This document shows positions 38,465 to 45,314 of a stretch of DNA of 64,000 nt, piece after piece. The translations under genes and the position numbers were made by a program. The stretch lies in assembly GCA_934255455.1 (NCBI GenBank), contig CAKQNS010000001.1, positions 33,826 through 97,825 of the forward strand. Direction: 5' to 3'. Origin of the DNA: an uncultured Alphaproteobacteria bacterium (GTDB lineage Bacteria; Pseudomonadota; Alphaproteobacteria; Rs-D84). How positions within the stretch are numbered: position 1 is the first letter of the stretch; every line of letters begins with the position of its first letter. Below the pieces are notes generated by a model that was not told the DNA's origin, ran no database searches, and saw only the letters and a program-made list of their open reading frames with translations.

Positions 38465-38560
38465 ATAGCAGAGAGCAATGAAGCGCGCCAATGGCGCGCT
38501 GCTTTATTCATTTGAACTTTGAACTCTGAACTTTGAACTTTTTATTGCTCTCTGCTCTCT
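38465..38560. repeat. full-length canonical copy R6 of the roughly 95-bp modular TIR element
   Basis: agagagcaatg | aagcgcgccaatggcgcgctg | ctttattcatt | tgaactttgaactctgaactttgaacttttt | attgctctct(gctctct). The termini are 10-11-bp inverted repeats. Confidence 0.6.
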
Positions 38561-38564
38561 ATTA

Positions 38565-38590
38565 ATAAATGCGCCATCGGCGCATTTATT
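38565..38590 (-). terminator. parB terminator
   Basis: aaatgcgccatcggcgcattt with flanking A and T runs. Confidence 0.5.
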
Positions 38591-39467
38591 ATTTTGTCAG
38601 TTTTTCAACCAATTCGTTCATCTGTGTTCGGGTGGCAAATGATAACACAATCTGCCCTGCCCCACCGCGGCGTTCTTGCAACTTTACCGGCACACCCAAT
38701 GCCGCGCCTATGCGCGATTCGATGTCGCGTCGTGCGGCGTCATCAATTGTTTTGTTTGTGTATGCGCGTCCACCACTGCGCCGCGTGCCCTGCTTTACGC
38801 GTTTGGCGGTTTCGGCCACCGACAGACCGCGTGCAATGATTTCGCGGGCGATTTCTTCGGGATTATCAGAAACCGCAATTGTACGTGCGTGCGACGCCGA
38901 TAATTCGCCAGAACGCACCATATTCTTGACGCTTTCAGGCAAATTGCTGTTCAAACGCATGGTGTTGCGAATATAGCTTTCCGATTTTCCAATTAAACGC
39001 GATACATCGGCCATGCTGTATCCGCATTTTGTCATAATGTTTTTGTATGCGGCGCCCTCTTCTATGGGGTTCAGGTTTTCGCGTTGCACATTTTCAATCA
39101 GCGCGATTTCCATCGCATTATCGTCATTCAGATTTTTTACTAATGCCGGAATTTCGGACAATCCGGCCAAATGACTGGCGCGATAGCGACGTTCACCTGC
39201 AACAATTTCGTATTTATATTCGCGCCCAATAACCGGTCGCAATATAATTGGCTGCAATACACCCTTTTCCCGAATCGATGCAGTTAAATCGGTCAATTCA
39301 CTTTCGGTGAATGTTTTGCGTGGTTGGTCCGGGTTGGCACCAATTTGCACCAGTGGAATTTGACGCACAACAACACGATTTTCACTGTTCAATACCGATA
39401 TATCCGGTATATTTACCATTTCATTTTGCAAATCGGCCAAGCCGCGTCCCAATCCAAATTTAGCCAT
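38589..39467 (-). CDS. parB: chromosome partitioning protein ParB
   Basis: ParB box GERRYRA and the HTH region. Confidence 0.9.
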   Translation of the reverse strand: MAKFGLGRGLADLQNEMVNIPDISVLNSENRVVVRQIPLVQIGANPDQPRKTFTESELTDLTASIREKGVLQPIILRPVIGREYKYEIVAGERRYRASHLAGLSEIPALVKNLNDDNAMEIALIENVQRENLNPIEEGAAYKNIMTKCGYSMADVSRLIGKSESYIRNTMRLNSNLPESVKNMVRSGELSASHARTIAVSDNPEEIAREIIARGLSVAETAKRVKQGTRRSGGRAYTNKTIDDAARRDIESRIGAALGVPVKLQERRGGAGQIVLSFATRTQMNELVEKLTK

Positions 39468-40236
39468 TTTGTTTTCCTTCTAATTTTTCAATCATTTCGG
39501 TTGCCACGCGCAGGTATGCCTGGGCGCCGGTTGAATTAAAATCGTAAAACAGTGCCGGTTTGCCAAAACTGGGGGCCTCGGACACACGGACATTGCGCGG
39601 CACAACTGTTTTGAACACACGGTCGCCAAATGTGCGGCGCACATCATCATCAACCGCGCGTGTTACACCATATCGACGGTCATACATTGTCAATAAAAAT
39701 CCCAGTACGGCCAATTTCGTGTTGAATTTTTGCCGTACCGCGGTGATTGTCATCATCAATTGCTGGACGCCTTCGAGTGAATAAAATTCACATTGCATCG
39801 GCACCACAACATAATCGGCCGCCGACAGCGCGTTTACCGTTAAATAACCCAGCGCCGGTGGACAATCCAACAATATATAATCATAATGCGACGATATGGT
39901 TGCTAATGCGTCGCGCAGGCGAAATTCGCGATTGTCGGCATCCAGCAAATCAATTTCGGCACCCGCCAACGCCATACTGGCCGGCATAATGTGCATATTT
40001 GGTACCGCAGTCGTCAATATATTATCGGCGGCGGCGGCAGTGCCCATAATAACGCCATACACACTTTGTGAATGCGATGCGCGATTAAATCCCAATCCCG
40101 TGCCGGCATTGCCCTGGGGGTCCAAATCAATTAACAAGACCCGGCGTTTTATTGCCGCCAATGATGCGCCAATATTTATTGCCGTGGTTGTTTTGCCAAC
40201 ACCGCCCTTTTGGTTTGCAAATGCTATTACTGTTGC
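39460..40236 (-). CDS. parA: chromosome partitioning ATPase ParA
   Basis: Deviant Walker A KGGVGKTT. The start is trimmed to MATVIAF. It overlaps the parB start by 8 nt. Confidence 0.9.
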   Translation of the reverse strand, partial: ATVIAFANQKGGVGKTTTAINIGASLAAIKRRVLLIDLDPQGNAGTGLGFNRASHSQSVYGVIMGTAAAADNILTTAVPNMHIMPASMALAGAEIDLLDADNREFRLRDALATISSHYDYILLDCPPALGYLTVNALSAADYVVVPMQCEFYSLEGVQQLMMTITAVRQKFNTKLAVLGFLLTMYDRRYGVTRAVDDDVRRTFGDRVFKTVVPRNVRVSEAPSFGKPALFYDFNSTGAQAYLRVATEMIEKLEGKQNG

Positions 40237-40346
40237 CATAATTTTACCCATTTCATTACAAAACAACCTTATAAAATTCATTTTATTCGGTCAAGTCAAT
40301 TATATTTCATAAAACAAAAACGCCGAAAAATCAAATAAATAAATGT

Positions 40347-40362
40347 TATTTCATGTGAAATA
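40347..40362. promoter_or_regulatory. parS-like site 1 (tatTTCAtGTGAAAta)
   Basis: 12/16 match to the parS consensus tGTTtCAcGTGAAAca. It lies between parA and the lipoprotein-gene promoter. Confidence 0.35.
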
Positions 40363-40371
40363 ATGTGTGCA

Positions 40372-40399
40372 TTGACAACGTACAGTTTTTATATATAAT
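40372..40399 (+). promoter_or_regulatory. near-consensus sigma-70 promoter for the hypothetical lipoprotein gene
   Basis: TTGACA, 16 nt, TATAAT, read directly from the sequence. Confidence 0.5.
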
Positions 40400-40417
40400 T
40401 GCCGTGTGAAACATACA

Positions 40418-41338
40418 ATGGCATTTTGTTTTCCGGCAATTATAATATCGGCTGCATTTGGGTGCGGTATTACTAATACATCGTTAAAAAAGAACGCAAA
40501 AACACCGGTAAATGCCGGTAAATATATGTATACTTTAACGCCGGTTACATACAGCACAGATACAATCACTTTTTACGATGATGCGGTGCTTCGGGAACAT
40601 CGAACCGTTGTCCAGGGACTGTATTGCCCAACAACGCACAAAGTCACAACATTTTATCTGGTAAATAAAAGTCAAAGCGCGCGATTGCAAAAGCTTTGTG
40701 ATGAAACCAATGCGATGGCACCATTGACATTGCGACATGAATGTGAGCACGCCCGTAAAATGGCGTTGGTCGGTATGGGGTATATGTTTCCAGATTTTAC
40801 ACGCGGTGAAATTGCCGCCACGAACGAGATTGTTGCGCCCGCGGCCGAAATTATTGCCGCAGTTGATTGGCGTTACACGCACGGTGCGCCGATTGCCGCC
40901 GCCAAGAAATTTGTACGAAACGCCGAACGCGAAATATATGCGTTGACTGATTCGTTGAATTTGCCGTGGCCCATTGATTTTAACCAACCGCAAATTGCCG
41001 AAATTGTTATAAAACACGCCTTGGCGCGTTTTACATCTGAATTTAATCGTGGTCAATATGTGACAACCGTTCGTGAAGCGACACGGAAACGGTATTGGCG
41101 CAAATATCCACCAAACAATATGTGTGATTTGAGCCAGGTTTTTAATTTTGTGCCGCAATACGGTTTGTGGGCACCAATGTGGGAATTTGAATCACTGCGG
41201 GGGTCGGTAAACTTGTGGAACGCGGTCAGTGAAAAAACACGCCGCGAAACCACATTCAAATTAGAGTCATTTGTTATTGCTGCGCAAAAATCTGCCGGCA
41301 AAAAACCACTGTTGTTAGAAAATCAGAAAACACACTAA
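40418..41338 (+). CDS. hypothetical lipoprotein with HExxH (HECEH) putative zinc-metallopeptidase motif
   Basis: Signal peptide with a lipobox-like AAFGC; motif LRHECEHARKM; no family recognised. The ORF-track start at 40406 is GTG; the ATG at 40418 is preferred given the promoter position. Confidence 0.45.
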   Translation: MAFCFPAIIISAAFGCGITNTSLKKNAKTPVNAGKYMYTLTPVTYSTDTITFYDDAVLREHRTVVQGLYCPTTHKVTTFYLVNKSQSARLQKLCDETNAMAPLTLRHECEHARKMALVGMGYMFPDFTRGEIAATNEIVAPAAEIIAAVDWRYTHGAPIAAAKKFVRNAEREIYALTDSLNLPWPIDFNQPQIAEIVIKHALARFTSEFNRGQYVTTVREATRKRYWRKYPPNNMCDLSQVFNFVPQYGLWAPMWEFESLRGSVNLWNAVSEKTRRETTFKLESFVIAAQKSAGKKPLLLENQKTH

Positions 41339-41356
41339 TTTCAAGAAAATATGTGT

Positions 41357-41372
41357 TGTTTCATGTGAAATT
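41357..41372. promoter_or_regulatory. parS-like site 2 (tGTTTCAtGTGAAAtt)
   Basis: 13/16 match to the parS consensus. It is nearly identical to site 1 and lies at the 3' end of rsmG. Confidence 0.4.
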
Positions 41373-41931
41373 ACCGGCAATTTTCGATAATTATAATGAA
41401 TCCATCACCGGTTTGTGATTTTACCAATTTGTAATCGAATTGATATTTCTTTTTTGCCGTGGCAATTTCTGATTCAATTTCCCGGCCTTTTAATAAAAAA
41501 AGCCGGTGTTTTGTTTTTGCTACATAGTCCAAAATTCTAACCAATGGGGCAAATGCGCGTGCGGTAAACACGAAATTGCCGGCATTTACCGGTATTTTTT
41601 TTACAAAATCTTCGACCCGACCGTGATAAACGGTTAAATTTGGCAAATCCAAACGCGTTTTTAATTCATTTAGAAAAGCAACCTTTTTCCCAATCGATTC
41701 GATGCATGTTACACGCCATCCCAAAATTGCCAGTACAACGCCAGGAAAACCAGCGCCACTGCCCAAATCAATAATGTCAGTGTCATGTGGTAAAATATCC
41801 GCCAATTGTGCACTGTCGGCAAAATGGCGTGTTTCGATGTCGGCCAGTGTGCTGGGCGCGACCAAGTTCATTTTGGTCGACCAATCACGCAACAGAACGG
41901 CATATTGTTCAAATTTGACTTTATTATCCAT
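41371..41931 (-). CDS. rsmG: 16S rRNA m7G527 methyltransferase RsmG (GidB)
   Basis: SAM motif DLGSGAGFPG and typical size. Confidence 0.85.
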   Translation of the reverse strand: MDNKVKFEQYAVLLRDWSTKMNLVAPSTLADIETRHFADSAQLADILPHDTDIIDLGSGAGFPGVVLAILGWRVTCIESIGKKVAFLNELKTRLDLPNLTVYHGRVEDFVKKIPVNAGNFVFTARAFAPLVRILDYVAKTKHRLFLLKGREIESEIATAKKKYQFDYKLVKSQTGDGFIIIIENCR

Positions 41932-41952
41932 ACGCGGTATTCTAGCACAATC

Positions 41953-43569
41953 ATGAGAAAAATAGAAAGTTTATTTGTTGGCACGGCGATTATGACGACT
42001 GTTTTGGGCGTTGGAATTTCAATATGGAATTACCAGGCCAGGGCGCCATACGACAATGGGTATAAATTCGCACCAACGAAATATGGTGCGTTTTTGGCCG
42101 CCCAGCATGCCGTTTATGTAAATGATTTCGACAACGCTGCGAAATTTATGTCAAATTTGACCGATGTTGATTCTGCGACGGTTTCAAGTTTGCGGTATAT
42201 ATCACAATTTCTGGATGGACGCATGCCGGCCGATGCCGATTTATTGCGCAATGAAAAAACGGCGCCAGCGCGCATAATATATGACGCGTATTTGGTATCT
42301 GATGGCGATTGGGGTGCTGTATACAAACGGCATAAAACCGATGAAAATGCGTTGATTGCGCCACTGCGGATATGGTCGGCGGTTGCGTCAAAACATACCA
42401 AGGACGCGTTAAAATTCATTGATAAATTGCCAACTAACGATTCGTGGAAATCGTTTGTGCGTGGGCAAATCTATGCCGAAACCGGTGATATTGCCAATGC
42501 CACCAAATCATTTGCTGCGGTGCGTCCTGATTTTATGAACATAAACGACTATATGTATATTATGTCGTTTTATGCGCATAACAATTTGACCGATGCAGCG
42601 GAAAAATTGCACGCCGAATTTACATCGCGACCGGGCGGCATGTATATGTTGGAATTTGATAGTGTCCCAGATTGGGAACAATTTGCGGGGTACAAAAACG
42701 CATTGGCGTTCAGTTTGGTTCAAAATGTTTCACATACCCAGGTTATGATGTATTCTGATTTGGCGATGTTGTTGTTGCGTTTTGCCCAGGTGACCGGCCC
42801 GGCATTTGGCGAAAACAACGATGCTATGAATTATTATCTGGGGCAATTTTTCTTTAATAATAGCGGCGATTACGAACGTTTTTTTGCAAAAATTCCGCAA
42901 TCCAGTCCATTTTATTTATTTGCACAAATGCGCATGGCCGACGCAGATGGAAATATGCGCGCGGTGCATCGCGTGGTGCGTGCAAACCCGCTGTTTGTTC
43001 CGGCGGTAAATAAATTGGTTGGGCATTATATTGCCGCTGGCAATCGTCGTGCGGCATTGCGCACAATAAACACAACATTGAAAAACAAAAATCTGACCGA
43101 ACAGGGCAGGGCGTTTTTCTTGAAAAGCCGCGCGTATATAAACTATGTGTTTGGCGATTTGTCTGATGCGCAATCAGATATAAAATCGGCGGCCGATGTT
43201 TTGCCAATGGATGCAGAAATATTATCGTTGCAGGCAAAAATATGGGCGGCCGAAAATCGCGAGATTGATAACGCATACGATTATGCCATGGCATTGGTGC
43301 GTAAAAGCCCGACCGATATTATGGCGTGGGATACATTGGGTGTCGTTGTCGCCGCGCGCGAGGGTGCGCCCGCCGCAATTGAATTACTGGCGCGGGTTGG
43401 CGAAATATCGGTGACATGTTCATCGTTGTTTGTACACCTGGGGGATTTATATGCCGAAACGGGTGATAATGCCCGTGCACGCGATGCGTATATGCGTGCA
43501 ATTGAATTGGCCGACGATGGTTTGATTGTCGTGCCCGATGTGAATAGAAAACTAAGGAAACTGAAATGA
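41953..43569 (+). CDS. TPR-repeat protein with N-terminal TM segment
   Basis: 539 aa. TM LFVGTAIMTTVLGVGISIW, then multiple TPR-like helical repeats (YAETGD...ARDAYMRAIEL). The start is at the internal ATG, 21 bp from the divergent rsmG start. Confidence 0.55.
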   Translation: MRKIESLFVGTAIMTTVLGVGISIWNYQARAPYDNGYKFAPTKYGAFLAAQHAVYVNDFDNAAKFMSNLTDVDSATVSSLRYISQFLDGRMPADADLLRNEKTAPARIIYDAYLVSDGDWGAVYKRHKTDENALIAPLRIWSAVASKHTKDALKFIDKLPTNDSWKSFVRGQIYAETGDIANATKSFAAVRPDFMNINDYMYIMSFYAHNNLTDAAEKLHAEFTSRPGGMYMLEFDSVPDWEQFAGYKNALAFSLVQNVSHTQVMMYSDLAMLLLRFAQVTGPAFGENNDAMNYYLGQFFFNNSGDYERFFAKIPQSSPFYLFAQMRMADADGNMRAVHRVVRANPLFVPAVNKLVGHYIAAGNRRAALRTINTTLKNKNLTEQGRAFFLKSRAYINYVFGDLSDAQSDIKSAADVLPMDAEILSLQAKIWAAENREIDNAYDYAMALVRKSPTDIMAWDTLGVVVAAREGAPAAIELLARVGEISVTCSSLFVHLGDLYAETGDNARARDAYMRAIELADDGLIVVPDVNRKLRKLK

Positions 43570-44432
43570 AAGTTGGTGTAATTGGCGCAGGTGCATGGGG
43601 AACGGCACTGGCCATTGTGTCGGCGCGTGGTGGTGCCGATGTTATTTTGTGGTCATACGATGGCGCGCATAAAAATTTTGATGGTGTTGATGTGCCGCAA
43701 AACCTGTGTGTGACCAAGGAAATGTCCGATATGGCGTCGGTTGATGCGTGGTTGATTGTGACGCCGGCGGCGTTTTTCCGTGAAACAATTCGTCGTGCGC
43801 GTGGGTTCTATAACAATCAACCGGTTATCGTTTGTACCAAGGGGGCCGAGGCCGCAACCGGTCAATTTATGTCTGAAATTATCAATGCGGAATTGCCAGA
43901 ATGTCAAAATTATGGTGTATTGTCCGGCCCGCAATTCGCGGCCGAGGTTGCCCGTGGCATTCCAACGGGTTCGACATTGGCAACGCACAGCGATATTGTT
44001 GCGACGGCTGGCAAACAGATTTTGAACCAATTGCACATAAACCCCAGCGATGATGTTATTGGTGCCGAAATATGTGGGGTTGGTAAAAATGCCGTTGCGT
44101 TGATTTGTGGTTATAATTCTGTGGCGGCGCGCGGTGAAAACGAACGCGCAATGTTGTTCACATTGGCCTGGAACGAGGTTATGAACATAGGCCTGGCGTC
44201 GGGCGCAAAAATGCCAACATTTTTGGATTTGTGCGGCATAGGCGATTTGTTCTTGTCCGCGACATCGGAAACCAGCCGTAATTTTTCAGGCGGTATGGCG
44301 ATTGCGCGTGGCGAACCAATTGTCGGCACGGTCGAGGGAATATTCGCATTGTCTGGCCTGATTCGTCGTGCGGGTGCGTTGGGTGTTGCCACACCAATAT
44401 TGACCAAAATGCAGGAAAAAATGGGACTGTAA
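43566..44432 (+). CDS. gpsA: NAD(P)H-dependent glycerol-3-phosphate dehydrogenase
   Basis: N-terminal Rossmann fold MKVGVIGAGAWGTALA. At 288 aa it is shorter than in most bacteria. Confidence 0.8.
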   Translation: MKVGVIGAGAWGTALAIVSARGGADVILWSYDGAHKNFDGVDVPQNLCVTKEMSDMASVDAWLIVTPAAFFRETIRRARGFYNNQPVIVCTKGAEAATGQFMSEIINAELPECQNYGVLSGPQFAAEVARGIPTGSTLATHSDIVATAGKQILNQLHINPSDDVIGAEICGVGKNAVALICGYNSVAARGENERAMLFTLAWNEVMNIGLASGAKMPTFLDLCGIGDLFLSATSETSRNFSGGMAIARGEPIVGTVEGIFALSGLIRRAGALGVATPILTKMQEKMGL

Positions 44433-44436
44433 TAAA

Positions 44437-44466
44437 AATGCCGGCATTTGCCGGCATTTTTTTATT
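44437..44466 (+). terminator. gpsA intrinsic terminator
   Basis: aatgccggcatttgccggcattttttt. Confidence 0.6.
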
Positions 44467-44469
44467 CCC

Positions 44470-44560
44470 CGCCACGGTGGGCGCCCGCGCAGCACAATAA
44501 AAAGTTCAAAGTTCAGAGTTCAAAGTTCTAATGAATAAAGCAGTGCGCCAACGGCGCAAC
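44470..44560. repeat. dispersed modular repeat copy R7 (heptad module, aatgaataaagcag, gcgccaacggcgc, degenerate terminus)
   Basis: aaaaagttcaaagttcagagttcaaagttctaatgaataaagcagtgcgccaacggcgcaactcattctc. Confidence 0.5.
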
Positions 44561-44815
44561 TCATTCTCTTTTTTGTGGCGTGGCGGGATAGAGCAGCGAT
44601 GGATGTTTGTCCAATGGCAAAGGATGACGTGTTGCACCGATAAAGCCAATCAATTGGAATATATTTAATCGATACCGACCGCATAACAGTCTTTGATATT
44701 CGCCCATGGTTAAATCCATTGCGTTGCACATAAATACAACCGATAACCCCAATTCCTGGCGGATTTGTTCTATTTCCAGTCCAATTCTCATACCGTCCCC
44801 CAAAAAGAAAACCAC
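44561..44815 (-). CDS. second copy of small HTH (XRE-like) protein
   Basis: 84 aa, about 90% identical by eye to the ORF at 35998-36258. Confidence 0.4.
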   Translation of the reverse strand: MVFFLGDGMRIGLEIEQIRQELGLSVVFMCNAMDLTMGEYQRLLCGRYRLNIFQLIGFIGATRHPLPLDKHPSLLYPATPQKRE

Positions 44816-44931
44816 CAGAAAAATTCAGGTGGTTGGAGGTTCATAGCTATTCTCGTTGAGATAGTGTGCTTATTCAATATATTCGCAACCCTCCAACCCG
44901 TTTGGTTGGAGTTTTTAATGTCCCTGCGGAC
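44563..44931. repeat. copy 2 (inverted) of the roughly 370-bp segment shared with 35879-36245
   Basis: The reverse complement aligns with 35879-36245, including both hairpins and the ORF. This copy has no flanking long inverted arms. Confidence 0.5.
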
Positions 44932-45102
44932 ACAACGAGAATCGGGCTATGAAACCCACAATGGCAACACACCATTGCACACGAATTATACAGTGAATTT
45001 GCCGGAAAAACAAGAAAACAATATTTGCGGGCCCCATGGCGAATTTTATTTGCGTTTTGGCGATTTATTTTGTATCGTCCGGGTATCAGTAAAGGCATAA
45101 AA

Positions 45103-45303
45103 ATGGACGAAAAAAAATTATCTTTCGAAGAAGCGTACAAGCAATTATCCGATTTGGTTAAAAAGATGGAATCTGGCGAATTGCCATTGGCGGATTCGGT
45201 CGCCGCATACGAACAGGGAATTAAACTGAAAGCGTACTGTGAACAATTGTTAAAAGAAGCCGAATTGAAAATCGAAACATTGAAAGTAAGTACTGCGGAA
45301 TAA
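45103..45303 (+). CDS. xseB: exodeoxyribonuclease VII small subunit
   Basis: MDEKKLSFEEAYKQLSDLVKKMESGELPL..., a typical XseB coiled coil. Confidence 0.8.
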   Translation: MDEKKLSFEEAYKQLSDLVKKMESGELPLADSVAAYEQGIKLKAYCEQLLKEAELKIETLKVSTAE

Positions 45304-45314
45304 TGGATTAAATC

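Noticed and set aside
40503-40523. The tandem caccggtaaatgccggtaaat inside the lipoprotein gene as a terminator.
   Set aside because: There is no downstream T tract and it lies at the very 5' end of the coding region. It is probably a chance or relic copy of the hairpin family.
40340-41380. The 20-bp direct repeats flanking the lipoprotein gene as a transposon target-site duplication.
   Set aside because: The sequence is an imperfect palindrome matching parS at 12-13 of 16 positions, located in the parAB/gidB region. The parS-like interpretation is preferred, but an insertion between two pre-existing parS sites is still possible.
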